NCBI GenBank assembly: GCA_963836235.1
Contig: CAWIIP010000005.1
Span: forward strand, 96,001-160,000
Direction of reading: 5' to 3'
Length of the DNA: 64,000 bases
Source of the DNA: an uncultured Pseudomonadota bacterium
Lineage (GTDB): Bacteria > Oederibacteriota > Muellerivitia > Muellerivitales > Muellerivitaceae
The stretch's first letter is position 1. Every line of letters begins with the position of its first letter. The notes beneath the pieces were generated by a model. It worked only from the letters and a program-made list of their open reading frames with translations. It was not told where the DNA came from and did not search any database. Both the position numbers and the translations under genes were made by a program. Of the stretch, positions 30,630 through 40,425 are shown one piece after another.

Positions 30630-31511
30630 CTATGGTTGTGGTTTTTCAAAAATTCCATTTAACAAATAAGCCAGCCTAACTCCAGCCTTTTCCAACTGAT
30701 CGTCCACGATCAAACGCATCTTACCCGAATAGTAGTCTTCCGGCAGATCCTTTCCCCACCGATTCCGTTCTAAAAGCTGACCTTCGGGAAGTTCCTTGTA
30801 AATCTTGTTTTGGGCCGTAAGAAAACTTTCATAGGCCCAATCAGATGCCTTTCCTTGGGCCCAATTTTTCTCATCCCCTGGTTTGATTTCCTTCTCTAAC
30901 CGGGAAGCAAGCCAGCGTGGGTTTTCATTGGCTTTAGGCTGAAGAAGATTGTCCCAAAAACTGTGGAATTCGATCCAGGAATAATGACGTGAACGTCCAC
31001 GGGAACCATGATACCGAAACCATTTATCGTTTCCGCCGCGATCATGATCATCCGAGCAATGAAGAGGCTGATGAATATCCCCCATGAAATGGACAAGGAA
31101 CTTCAGCGCTTCTTTCTTATCCCTGGGCGAGGCAAAAGGTTCCCGGAGGACCACTAGATCTTTCTCGATTTGGTCAACGACACAATCATGGTGGGGACAA
31201 ACATCAGAAATGTCATATTCGCTCTGGTCTTGGCGAACATCCAGGTTGAAAAAATGCCACGACGCGGTTTCAGGCCTCGCTCTCACAATAGCATCCGCCC
31301 AGGTGGAAACGCTCACCAAATCCTCTTCTGGCCCCAGAATTCCCGCCACCGCTCTTTGGGTGTCGAGAGTCAATCGGTCCTGGGCGATATAAGCCACAGT
31401 CTGGTGCCCCACACGCCCCCAGGCCCCAACTCGGGACGCGATCGGCATAATCACAGCCGCAATCAAAGAGATATTCAAGCATGCTTTAACCCGCAATAGA
31501 ATTTCTCCCAA
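30630..31511 (-). CDS. S1/P1 nuclease, secreted
   Basis: AWGRVGH, WAD, WHF, FLVHFMGDIHQPLH, DRGGN, HSFWD, AGVRLA. Confidence 0.93.
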   Translation of the reverse strand: MGEILLRVKACLNISLIAAVIMPIASRVGAWGRVGHQTVAYIAQDRLTLDTQRAVAGILGPEEDLVSVSTWADAIVRARPETASWHFFNLDVRQDQSEYDISDVCPHHDCVVDQIEKDLVVLREPFASPRDKKEALKFLVHFMGDIHQPLHCSDDHDRGGNDKWFRYHGSRGRSRHYSWIEFHSFWDNLLQPKANENPRWLASRLEKEIKPGDEKNWAQGKASDWAYESFLTAQNKIYKELPEGQLLERNRWGKDLPEDYYSGKMRLIVDDQLEKAGVRLAYLLNGIFEKPQP

Positions 31512-31513
31512 AT

Positions 31514-31542
31514 AAAAAAGCCCGGGATTTTTCCCGGGCTTT
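31514..31542 (-). terminator. Intrinsic terminator after ino1
   Basis: AAAGCCCGGGA/TCCCGGGCTTT hairpin followed by a T-run on the - strand. Confidence 0.7.
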
Positions 31543-31563
31543 GAGAATTAAGTTCGCTTTTTC

Positions 31564-32664
31564 TTACCGCGCCTTTACAGGCTCCCCGGCTTTGGCGTAC
31601 TTGGCGATAAAAGTTTCCACCAACTCATGGGCCTCTGCGTCCGAATATTGGACCGGAGGTGTTTTAAAGAAATAAGAAGACGGACCTTCTAAGGAGCCCG
31701 CCAATTTCGAATCCAATGCCAATTTACAGCAACGGATGGCATCAATACCGACTCCGGCGCTATTGGGAGAATCCCATACTTCTAATTTCAATTCGATCGT
31801 CACGGGTACATTCCCAAATTCCCTACCTTCCAAACGGATATGGGCCCATTTGCGGTCCTGCAACCAAGGAACATAATCCGAAGGGCCTATATAAATGTTG
31901 TCCGGATCAATGGGATGGGATAATTGACTGACCACGGCGCCGGTCTTGGAGATTTTCTTAGATTCCAACCGTTCTCGTTCCAACATATTCTTGAAATCCA
32001 TATTTCCACCGAAATTCAATTGGGACGTGCGGTCCAAAGTGACGCCCCGATCAGAAAACATCTTGGCTAGTATTCGATGGGTGATGGTGGCGCCAACTTG
32101 GGCCTTGATATCGTCGCCTAAGATCGGCAGGCCCGCTTGCTCGAATTTCTTAGCCCAAGCGGGATTGGAGGCGATAAAAACCGGCATGCAGTTGACTACC
32201 CCGACTCCCGCCTTTATGGCTTCATTCATATAAAACTTCGTGGCTTCCTCACTCCCCACTGGAAGGTAATTGATAAGGACATCGGTTTTAGTTTCTTTGA
32301 GGATTTGGGCAATGTCGGCTGGCTTTTCAGCGGATTCCGTGACGACTTCCCGGTAATACTTGCCAAGACCATCATAAGTATGGCCGCGATAAACCTTGAT
32401 ACCCAGCTTGGGAACATCACAAAACTTGATAGTATTATTGATGGGAGTAAAAATGGCCTCTCCCAAGTCTTTGCCGACTTTGTTGGAGTCCACGTCGAAG
32501 GCGCAGGAAAACTCGATGTCACCCACGTGGTATTTGCCCAAACGCACGTGCATCAGCCCTGGGACAAACCCCTCTTCTTCGGCGTTTTGATAAAAACGGA
32601 CACCCTGAACCAAAGAAGAAGCGCAACAGCCAACGCCCACGACCGCAACCCGAATTTTAGCCAT
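31564..32664 (-). CDS. ino1: myo-inositol-1(3)-phosphate synthase
   Basis: [60 protein letters not shown]. Confidence 0.95.
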   Translation of the reverse strand: MAKIRVAVVGVGCCASSLVQGVRFYQNAEEEGFVPGLMHVRLGKYHVGDIEFSCAFDVDSNKVGKDLGEAIFTPINNTIKFCDVPKLGIKVYRGHTYDGLGKYYREVVTESAEKPADIAQILKETKTDVLINYLPVGSEEATKFYMNEAIKAGVGVVNCMPVFIASNPAWAKKFEQAGLPILGDDIKAQVGATITHRILAKMFSDRGVTLDRTSQLNFGGNMDFKNMLERERLESKKISKTGAVVSQLSHPIDPDNIYIGPSDYVPWLQDRKWAHIRLEGREFGNVPVTIELKLEVWDSPNSAGVGIDAIRCCKLALDSKLAGSLEGPSSYFFKTPPVQYSDAEAHELVETFIAKYAKAGEPVKAR

Positions 32665-32696
32665 AACCTCAGGAACCTCCCGACAAGATGACAGCT

Positions 32697-33302
32697 TTAC
32701 CTGCTTTTAACATTCTGCGTTTTAGTCCAGACCCAATGTACCCGTTGGGCCACTGTCACCAAGGACAATATTCCTACGACTTCCAGGGCCAATATCGGTT
32801 TGGCGAAAAAAAAACCGAGCGCCAGCAGGATGACTCTTCCTGGCCGGGGTAACCACCCGACCTCGCAATCAATGCCAAGCCCTTCCGCCCGAGCCCTTGT
32901 ATAGGAAACCAACAGGGACAATATACAGACGCCAAAAGCCAATAAAAAAACCTGAGGATTCTGGTGTTGGTAATAATACAATAGAAATCCGCCAAAAACG
33001 ACCGCTTCCGACACCCGGTCCAAAGTGGAATCCCAAAACGCCCCAAAAAGCTTCGGTTGCCCGTTATTCCGGGCTAAAGATCCATCAAGGACATCAAAGA
33101 ATCCGGCCCCCAAAAGCCAAAGCCCCGAGGGGATCCATCTTTCCTTTAAAAACTCAACGGGCACCATGAAGGTCACCAAAGCCCCAGTAAAAGTCACCGT
33201 ATTCGGTCCTATATGCATGGCGCTTAATACCCCACAAAAGGGTTTCAAAGTATTGTCAATCCATGTTTTAAGCCGACTTTTCTTTTTGGAAGGTCTCTTG
33301 AT
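32697..33302 (-). CDS. CDP-alcohol phosphatidyltransferase (phosphatidylinositol-phosphate synthase-like)
   Basis: PNTVT, D.LDG.LAR...[24 protein letters not shown]; adjacent to ino1; start either ATC 33302 or TTG 33248. Confidence 0.85.
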   Translation of the reverse strand: MKRPSKKKSRLKTWIDNTLKPFCGVLSAMHIGPNTVTFTGALVTFMVPVEFLKERWIPSGLWLLGAGFFDVLDGSLARNNGQPKLFGAFWDSTLDRVSEAVVFGGFLLYYYQHQNPQVFLLAFGVCILSLLVSYTRARAEGLGIDCEVGWLPRPGRVILLALGFFFAKPILALEVVGILSLVTVAQRVHWVWTKTQNVKSR

Positions 33303-33317
33303 AAAAATCTCCTGGAA

Positions 33318-34055
33318 CTACTTCAGCGAAAACCGTTCGCCCAAGTAAATCTCGCGGGCTTTCTTGTTGGACGCCAATTTTGCTGCCGTACCCGAAAGAA
33401 GGATTTTTCCCTCGAACATGATATAGGCCCGGTCCACGATAGAAAGGGTTTCCCGAACATTGTGGTCCGTAATGAGGATTCCGATTTTCTTTTTCTTAAG
33501 AAAACGAATGATGACTTGGATATCCTGAACGGCGATGGGGTCGATACCCACAAAAGGTTCATCCAAAAGGATAAAATTAGGTTGGAGTACCAGGGCCCTG
33601 GCAATTTCCACCCGCCGCCTCTCCCCTCCCGACAAGGTATAGGCTTTTTGTTTGGATAGATGGGAAACTTTCAGCTCCTCCAATAACTCCTGTTTCCTTT
33701 TCTCTCGGTCTACTTTTGAGAGAGGTGTCAATTCGAGAATCGCCATTAGGTTCTCTTCCACCGAGAGCTTTCGGAAAATAGAAGCTTCCTGGGGAAGATA
33801 AGCGATCCCCATCCTAGCTCGTTTGTACATGGGCATATGGGTAATGTCATGGGCTTGGCCCTCTTCCTCAAAAAAAACCAGGCCAGCGTCGGGAGCGATA
33901 AACCCAGTTGTCATATAAAAAGTAGTGGTCTTTCCGGCTCCGTTGGGTCCCAAAAGCCCGACGACTTCTCCTTGGTGGACTTCGATCGATACGTGATCCA
34001 CCACTTTTTTCTTGGAATAAAGTTTCACTAGATTTTGAGTCCGAAGAATTTTCAC
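33318..34055 (-). CDS. lptB: LPS export ABC transporter ATPase
   Basis: [47 protein letters not shown]. Confidence 0.96.
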   Translation of the reverse strand: MKILRTQNLVKLYSKKKVVDHVSIEVHQGEVVGLLGPNGAGKTTTFYMTTGFIAPDAGLVFFEEEGQAHDITHMPMYKRARMGIAYLPQEASIFRKLSVEENLMAILELTPLSKVDREKRKQELLEELKVSHLSKQKAYTLSGGERRRVEIARALVLQPNFILLDEPFVGIDPIAVQDIQVIIRFLKKKKIGILITDHNVRETLSIVDRAYIMFEGKILLSGTAAKLASNKKAREIYLGERFSLK

Positions 34056-34099
34056 CGGTACGGCCTCACGTTCATTTTTCAGGCTTTAGATAACATACT

Positions 34100-35050
34100 T
34101 CAAAACCCACCCGGATGCTGGGGTGAACCAGTATTATTCGGCATAATGGCATTATTACCTAAACCGTTGGGATTCGTCATCGGGGCCGAAGGACTAGTAA
34201 CCGTACTGGGACCAGAAGTCCCGGAAGTCGGGCTTCCGCCAAGCCCGGCTTTTTTATCCGTTTGAGTAGTCACAGGCTTTCCGTTGGGATTGAAAATAGC
34301 GTCGGCCATTCCTTCCACAAAAACGCTCCTATCTCCTCCCATAGTGGTAACAATCCGCCGACCTGACAAAAGGCCATTTTCGGCATAAACCTTCGGATCA
34401 TCTTCCAGGACGAACTTATCGTCTTGCGAAAGAAAAGTCGCCTTTTGGGCCTCCGCATGCCCGTCTTTATGAAGGATTTGGATATTTTGGTTGATAACCA
34501 CCGTCTTTTTCTTGGAATCCACCTCCATTTGCCGCCCAGTAACCGTAACGGGACTCCCGTTTTCATCCAAAGTGGTTAAAACCGGATGGTCGTGGGCCGT
34601 CATCAAATTCATAAGATCTTGGTATTCCAAATTCCCGCAAGTAAGAGTGATGCCCTGGCTCGAATCCACCACATAGACATGGCCGTTGGCGGTGGCCTCC
34701 CGATTATCTTCCATTGCATGGATCTCGTCGGATATCAGGACAATCTTGTCATGTATAGCTTTCACATTGCCCGAAAAAAGGGTAAGCCCCTTGGGCTTGT
34801 CGAACATGAGCCGGTGGGATGAAATATTAACCGGTTTTTTGGACGAAATTTGCTGGTCTTTTTCAACTTCAAAAGCCGAAAGAAAAACAGCGGTCCCAAA
34901 AAAAGTCGCTATAAACGTAAATAAAAACCAAGTCTTGGAAAACGATGCGATTTTTTCAAAAAGGGCACAACGAACTAACCGATAGAATAGTATCGCCGTC
35001 CCTGATTCACGATCAGGTATCAAAATTTTTATTTTCTGTTTTAAAATCAT
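34100..35050 (-). CDS. LptA/OstA-family beta-jellyroll protein
   Basis: Repeated F.GNV.. beta motifs; lies between the LptC-like gene and lptB. Confidence 0.75.
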   Translation of the reverse strand: MILKQKIKILIPDRESGTAILFYRLVRCALFEKIASFSKTWFLFTFIATFFGTAVFLSAFEVEKDQQISSKKPVNISSHRLMFDKPKGLTLFSGNVKAIHDKIVLISDEIHAMEDNREATANGHVYVVDSSQGITLTCGNLEYQDLMNLMTAHDHPVLTTLDENGSPVTVTGRQMEVDSKKKTVVINQNIQILHKDGHAEAQKATFLSQDDKFVLEDDPKVYAENGLLSGRRIVTTMGGDRSVFVEGMADAIFNPNGKPVTTQTDKKAGLGGSPTSGTSGPSTVTSPSAPMTNPNGLGNNAIMPNNTGSPQHPGGF

Positions 35051-35064
35051 TTTAACCGTATTTT

Positions 35065-35727
35065 CTAAAAAGGTTTGGCTTTTGAAAAATCCTGGATCTC
35101 CTGCATATCCCTCACTTGAGTCCTTACGTCTTTATTAAAGCGGATGTTATTGAGTTGCGTATCGGCAACCAATCCAACGGCAGTGATATCGTCCATCCCC
35201 TTAAAAACATGGACCAATCCATCAGTTTTGATCTGGTCCGTATCCGGATCCCAGTTGAGCTTGTCGGTCTCCAGCTTCGATCCATTTTCCACGATCAATT
35301 CCACATGGCCTTCGGCTTGAGTGGCGTTAGTCTCCGTATTCACAATGGCGCTGTCGGCAGTCAGGGTTGAGACTAACTTATCCTTTTTATAGTACTGGGC
35401 ATAAACATTGTCTGAGTAGGCTTGTTTTTGATTTTGGTACATCCTGGCCACATCAGAAAACAACTCCCACCGCTTTTGACCTTGCACGGTGGAAACCAAG
35501 TGGAATTTTTCAATCGTGGCATCGGGAGAATTCGCCCCCTCGAACACTGTTTCAGGATTTGTGGGCGAGGGATCATTTTTGACCAATCCTAACGCCAAAA
35601 TAACCATGGTCATAACCGCCGCCCCTAAAAGCCAAAAATACCTTTTAAGGCGGACAGATCGGGGTTCTTCCTCGGGGACTTCCGTAATAGGTTCCAAAGG
35701 AACTGAAAGATTTTTATTTTTCGGCAT
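35065..35727 (-). CDS. lptC: LPS export periplasmic protein LptC
   Basis: Single TM; KLETDKLNWD..IKTD..V motif; synteny. Confidence 0.8.
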   Translation of the reverse strand: MPKNKNLSVPLEPITEVPEEEPRSVRLKRYFWLLGAAVMTMVILALGLVKNDPSPTNPETVFEGANSPDATIEKFHLVSTVQGQKRWELFSDVARMYQNQKQAYSDNVYAQYYKKDKLVSTLTADSAIVNTETNATQAEGHVELIVENGSKLETDKLNWDPDTDQIKTDGLVHVFKGMDDITAVGLVADTQLNNIRFNKDVRTQVRDMQEIQDFSKAKPF

Positions 35728-35828
35728 TTACCAGCCCCTGTTCACAATTCAATACTTCTTCCATAATTTGGACGCGCCCATCGGCAAAGGCGGGCTTATC
35801 CCGAGCGGAACCCCAAGTATACTCCTGA

Positions 35829-36740
35829 TCAAAAGGGCCAATCATCCTTCTTAGGCTTGGTTTTCCAACGTTCGTGCATCCACATCCATTGGTCGGGATA
35901 GGCCCGGACATAGGATTCAATGACTTCGGTATAGCTTTGGACGATTTCCAGAATATCTTTTTCCTTATTTATCGTTTGGGGAACTTCTATTTCTTTTTCC
36001 ACGAGAAGCTCATACTTCCCATCCTTTCCTCGAACCGCAAAGGCCGGCACCAAGGCAGCCCCGGTCTTTCGGGCGATCCGGGCTACCCCCGATTGGGTCC
36101 AAGCCAGTTTCCCAAAAAAAGGGACGAAGACACCCTCGTTCCCTGTGTCCTGGTCGCACAGAGCCAGGATAAACTGTTTTTCTTTTAACGCGTCCAAAAT
36201 ACCCCTCAAGGCCAATCCCCTCTTGATCATCAATGTGGCGCCCAACTTCTCGCTGCGAAACCAATTCACCAGATCGTCAAACCGCGGGTCATAAAGACTT
36301 TGGGCCAGCGCCGATCCCTTGCCTTGGGTGCCCAAATACCCCCCCAATAACTCCCAATTGCCCAAATGGGCGGTCACGACGAAAAGACCCTTGCCGCGCT
36401 TTAAGGCTTCTTCGAAATGTTCCAGCCCTTGAACCCGGACAACCTGGGACACAATTTCCTCCCGGGTCCAATTCAATTGTCGAATGATCTCGAAAAGATT
36501 TTGACCCACCCGCGCCCACACGGCTTTTGCCAATTGCTTTTTTTCCATCTCTTTTAGTTGGGTAGGATAAGCCGTAGAAATGCTTTCAAGGGTTTTGCGC
36601 CTTTCATCTTCCGAAAAGGCAAAAACCAAGTTTCCAAATATCTTTCCCAAAACGCTAACCCACTGCTCAGGCAAAAACAAAAGGATGGCGATAATCAGTT
36701 GAGCGGAGTAATAAATCAGGTGATTTTTGAATTTTTTCAT
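35829..36740 (-). CDS. Lipid A late acyltransferase family (LpxL/HtrB-like)
   Basis: TAHLGNWE, LCDQD..GVFVPFFG, YPDQWMWMHERWK. Confidence 0.88.
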   Translation of the reverse strand: MKKFKNHLIYYSAQLIIAILLFLPEQWVSVLGKIFGNLVFAFSEDERRKTLESISTAYPTQLKEMEKKQLAKAVWARVGQNLFEIIRQLNWTREEIVSQVVRVQGLEHFEEALKRGKGLFVVTAHLGNWELLGGYLGTQGKGSALAQSLYDPRFDDLVNWFRSEKLGATLMIKRGLALRGILDALKEKQFILALCDQDTGNEGVFVPFFGKLAWTQSGVARIARKTGAALVPAFAVRGKDGKYELLVEKEIEVPQTINKEKDILEIVQSYTEVIESYVRAYPDQWMWMHERWKTKPKKDDWPF

Positions 36741-36825
36741 ATCATTTTTCTCTTCCCAACCGCTAAATGAATCACGTTTGGAAAACAACCAATTCAAATG
36801 GGTGGTTTAAATTGGACAAAAACCC

Positions 36826-37398
36826 TTAGATAAAAAGACTGTTCGCAGAGGAAGCTTTCTGGCTATTGGCCCGGTGAAAAAGTCTGACGGTTTGATTCCA
36901 CCGACCCTGGGCCTTCAATATTTTTTCCACCACTTCCCGGAAAGCTCCTCCCCCCGCGGGAGTCCGCGTGACGTAATGAACGGCTTTTTTCACCTCAGAA
37001 CGGCCATAAGGTACGGTAGCGGACCACCCCACTTGGGTTAAAAGGGGCAGATCGATTAAGTCATCCCCCATATAAGCCACCTGGGAAAGTTTCAACCCAA
37101 GCTTTTGGCAGAGATTTTGGGCGACGGTCAGTTTGTCCAGCTTACCCTGATAAAGGAAGGGAACCTTCAAGTGCTTAGCGCGCTTTTCCACCGGTTTGGA
37201 AAGTCGTCCCGAGAGCCAGCCTACGGGAAGATTTCCATAGGCTGCCAAGCGATGGCCAATACCATCTTGGATGTCAAACCCGACAAATTCTTCCTTGACG
37301 CCCAGGCAAACTTTTCCATCGGTTAATATCCCGTCGACATCTGTCAAAAGCAGTTTGATGTTTTTCAGGTTCATAGCCACTTCTCTTTTGAATTTCAT
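36826..37398 (-). CDS. kdsC: KDO 8-phosphate phosphatase
   Basis: DVDGILTDG, AYMGDDLIDLP, GGGAFRE. Confidence 0.9.
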   Translation of the reverse strand: MKFKREVAMNLKNIKLLLTDVDGILTDGKVCLGVKEEFVGFDIQDGIGHRLAAYGNLPVGWLSGRLSKPVEKRAKHLKVPFLYQGKLDKLTVAQNLCQKLGLKLSQVAYMGDDLIDLPLLTQVGWSATVPYGRSEVKKAVHYVTRTPAGGGAFREVVEKILKAQGRWNQTVRLFHRANSQKASSANSLFI

Positions 37399-37437
37399 CT
37401 AAAGAACTCACCGGAATCAAAGGCAAAATCTTGGTTT

Positions 37438-38406
37438 TTAGACGATTTTAATTCTTCCCCGACCCAATAAATCATGCAAATGAACCAAACCGACGGGACG
37501 TTTTTGGCCGTCTACCACGATCAATTGAAATATGGATTTTTCTTCGATGAGTTGAAGGGCTTGGGCGAGTGTCGCCGAGGAAGAAACCGTACTGGGATGG
37601 GGCGAACGCAGGTTGGAAGCGTTCCAACAACGGATATCAGGGTTTTTCAAGAGTGCCCGGCGCAGATCACCGTCCACAATGATTCCCTTGAGTTTTTTTT
37701 GGGAATCCACCACACAAGTTGAGCCAACCCTCTTGGCGTTAATTTCCCTGACAATCCTGCGGAAATCCGCGGTCAAGAGAACTTTCGGCACTCCAGATCC
37801 ATGCCTCATGATATCCGCAACCTTTAGATGAAGCCGTTTGCCCAATTCGCCCGCGGGGTGAAAAAGCGCGAAGTCCTTTTCCGTGAATCCATGTTCTTCC
37901 ATAAGCGCCACCGCCAAAGCATCCCCCATGGCAAGAGCTGCGGTCGTGCTAGCGGTCGGGGCCAACCGCAAGGGGCAAGCTTCTTTTTTCACGCCCACAT
38001 CCACCACCACATCATTTAAGCGAGCTAAAGAAGAATGGACATCACCGGTAAAGAGGATAGTCTTACAGCCCATACGTTTAAGTAAAGGCAGGAGGGTTTT
38101 CAATTCTTCGGTCTCACCGCTATTGGAAAGGGTCAAAACCACATCACCCTTCGCGGCTTTGCCCATATCCCCATGAAGCGCCTCGGCGGGACTTAAAAAG
38201 AGGGCGGGTGTTCCGGTGGAGGAGAGGGTCGCCGCAATTTTCTGGCTCACCAGCCCGGACTTTCCCATGCCAGTCACGATCACCCGGCCCTTGGAGCGAA
38301 GGATAAGTTTCACCGCAACCCCAAAGGATTTTCCCGCTTTGCGGGAAAGCTGGAATAACCCCTCGGCTTCGATTCTCAAAACCCGCCTGGCTGTCAAAAT
38401 GCTCAT
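37438..38406 (-). CDS. kdsD: Arabinose 5-phosphate isomerase (KpsF/GutQ; SIS+CBS)
   Basis: GMGKSG, SNSGET, EACPL.LAPTAST, FHPAG.LG, CBS pair. Confidence 0.93.
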   Translation of the reverse strand: MSILTARRVLRIEAEGLFQLSRKAGKSFGVAVKLILRSKGRVIVTGMGKSGLVSQKIAATLSSTGTPALFLSPAEALHGDMGKAAKGDVVLTLSNSGETEELKTLLPLLKRMGCKTILFTGDVHSSLARLNDVVVDVGVKKEACPLRLAPTASTTAALAMGDALAVALMEEHGFTEKDFALFHPAGELGKRLHLKVADIMRHGSGVPKVLLTADFRRIVREINAKRVGSTCVVDSQKKLKGIIVDGDLRRALLKNPDIRCWNASNLRSPHPSTVSSSATLAQALQLIEEKSIFQLIVVDGQKRPVGLVHLHDLLGRGRIKIV

Positions 38407-38462
38407 TGAAATGACCTTCGTAGGGCGCAAGCGCCCAGGTGAACTTCCCCGAAATTCCTGTT

Positions 38463-39197
38463 TTAATCCTTTACGTATAAATATCGCCCACAGTTGCATC
38501 GTTGGATGGCAATATTTTTGCGGATTTCATTTAATATTTGGGGCGAAACATTCATGTTGCATCCGCTGCAGCTCTCGTCTTCCCGCACTTCCGCCACAGC
38601 TATTTTCTTGCTGTTATTGCGCAACTTTTCGTAACCTTCCGCGAATTCGGACGGAATTTCCCCCAGTTGCCTTTTCCGCTCCTCCTTCTTTTCCAACACC
38701 GACTTGTCACAATCAGCGATCTTTTGCTGGATTTCCTTTTTGTCCTCGGCGGCCTTTTTCTCGGCCTGGGCCAGTTCTTGGCTCAGGCTTTGAATTTTGG
38801 CTTTTTGCTCATCTTCTTTAAAAAGGGATTCCAGGACTTTTTCTTCGATTTTGGATTTATCTTCTTTGCTTTTTTCGATTTCCTGTTTGAGCGCCGTAAA
38901 TTGTTCGTTGCTTTTGACTTCGTTTTGTTGGCCAAGATATTTGGAGATTTTCGTTTCAAGGGTTCCCACCTCGATTTCCTGGGTTTTACGCTGCTTCAAA
39001 AGCTCCTCAAGGGCCTTTTTCTCGTCCTGGACATTACTTTTTAAGGCAAGAACATGGGCTTCTAGCGTGGCGATTTCCTGCAAGAAACCCTTTTTGAGGC
39101 GTTCCAATTCATCAAACCCGGAATCGGTCCTTTGTAGTTCAACTAATTTTTTTAAAGTTTCGGCGAAATCCAATGGATACCCTTTCGTGACCGGCAT
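38463..39197 (-). CDS. Coiled-coil C4-type zinc-ribbon protein (DUF164-like)
   Basis: Long coiled coil; CSGC...C.CGRYLY. Confidence 0.85.
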   Translation of the reverse strand: MPVTKGYPLDFAETLKKLVELQRTDSGFDELERLKKGFLQEIATLEAHVLALKSNVQDEKKALEELLKQRKTQEIEVGTLETKISKYLGQQNEVKSNEQFTALKQEIEKSKEDKSKIEEKVLESLFKEDEQKAKIQSLSQELAQAEKKAAEDKKEIQQKIADCDKSVLEKKEERKRQLGEIPSEFAEGYEKLRNNSKKIAVAEVREDESCSGCNMNVSPQILNEIRKNIAIQRCNCGRYLYVKD

Positions 39198-39333
39198 TCA
39201 TACTTCCGGTGGATTTGAAGTTTAACATGAGGGGGCGCCTTTTCCCCAACAAATGTGGGATCCAATGGTGGCTTTCGGCGTAAAACCATTGCTAAAATAC
39301 GGCCGGGTTTCAACTTCAACCCGGCGAGGCACC

Positions 39334-39813
39334 ATGAACGAAGAAGCAAAAAATAAACTGCTACGGATGATTCCCCACGCCTTATATTTGTTGACCAGCC
39401 GCTCCAACGGCCAAACAGCCGCCGCCACGGTGAGTTGGGTCACCCAGGCCTCTTTCCAGCCGCCTCTGGTGGCCGTGGGCCTCAAAAAAGAGTCCCACAC
39501 TTTTGAAGTGGTGAAACAAGCTCAAAGCTTTACTTTGAATTTTTTCGGAACGGACCAAAAGGAAATAGCCCAAAAATTTTTCAAGCACGTGGAACCCGAA
39601 GGGAACCAGTTGGCGGGCGAGCTTTTCAAGGAAAGTCCGGTATTAAAACACCCTTTCTTCCCCCACATGGCTGGATTTATTGAGTGCAAAATTATCGAGA
39701 TGGTGGAGAAGGGTGATCACGTTGTGGTCGTAGCGGAGGTTTTGGAGGCGGAATCCGGCTCGAAGGAAGGACCACTTTTGCTTTCCACAACAGGTTGGAA
39801 TTACGGCGGCTAG
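39334..39813 (+). CDS. Flavin reductase-like protein
   Basis: SWVTQASFQPPLVAV, GDHVVVVAEV, WNYGG. Confidence 0.88.
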   Translation: MNEEAKNKLLRMIPHALYLLTSRSNGQTAAATVSWVTQASFQPPLVAVGLKKESHTFEVVKQAQSFTLNFFGTDQKEIAQKFFKHVEPEGNQLAGELFKESPVLKHPFFPHMAGFIECKIIEMVEKGDHVVVVAEVLEAESGSKEGPLLLSTTGWNYGG

Positions 39814-40391
39814 TTCGCGCTCAATTTGTTCAATAAAGCTTCAAGGTCGGGGGCTTTTTCAACCTTGATCTCAAAGCCCGTGCGTTTTTGTGGGTCTTTT
39901 TCATGAAGCATTAAATACTTTCCCCCTTCGTAAAGCTGGCTCAAAAAGGGGTTCAAAATTTCTTCCAAAGCGCCAAGACTTTCCGGGCTGTAAGGCGCCT
40001 CCAACCGGTCGTTCACAAAAACCTGTAGATGGTTGGGAGAAAATTTAATTTTCCCTGCCAATTCCGTTTCCTTTTCCAATGTCAAACAAGCCGTAAGGGC
40101 CCTTCGGAACGCAGTTTTCAAATGGTCGTCGACGCTTCTTTTCGGCGTTTTCTTTTGGTTGTAAAGAAATCCCCTTTTGCCATTTTCCTCATCCAAGCTG
40201 TAATTAGCCTCATGAGCGATCAAAAGGACTCCAGGCCCCTGGTACACATGTGTATATTCGGTCACATCCACCAGCAATCCTTCTAATTTATCTTCCTGAA
40301 TCCAACGGTGGAAAACGGGAATAAAGGTGGCCAGCGGAATTTCCATCCCTTTTTCCAGGAAAAACTTCACGTTTATTCTTTGAAGGTCCAT
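39810..40391 (-). CDS. Hypothetical protein downstream of the sulfite/nitrite reductase
   Basis: 193-aa ORF with RBS (GAGG); FIPVFHRWIQ...DV.EY.HV..GPGVLLIAHE; no family recognised. Confidence 0.7.
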   Translation of the reverse strand: MDLQRINVKFFLEKGMEIPLATFIPVFHRWIQEDKLEGLLVDVTEYTHVYQGPGVLLIAHEANYSLDEENGKRGFLYNQKKTPKRSVDDHLKTAFRRALTACLTLEKETELAGKIKFSPNHLQVFVNDRLEAPYSPESLGALEEILNPFLSQLYEGGKYLMLHEKDPQKRTGFEIKVEKAPDLEALLNKLSAN

Positions 40392-40425
40392 TGTTTCCTC
40401 AGTTTAAAATTAAGAAATCAAAATT

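Noticed and set aside
35714-35920. 68-aa ORF between the LpxL-like gene and lptC
   Set aside because: Overlaps both neighbours, no RBS or motif
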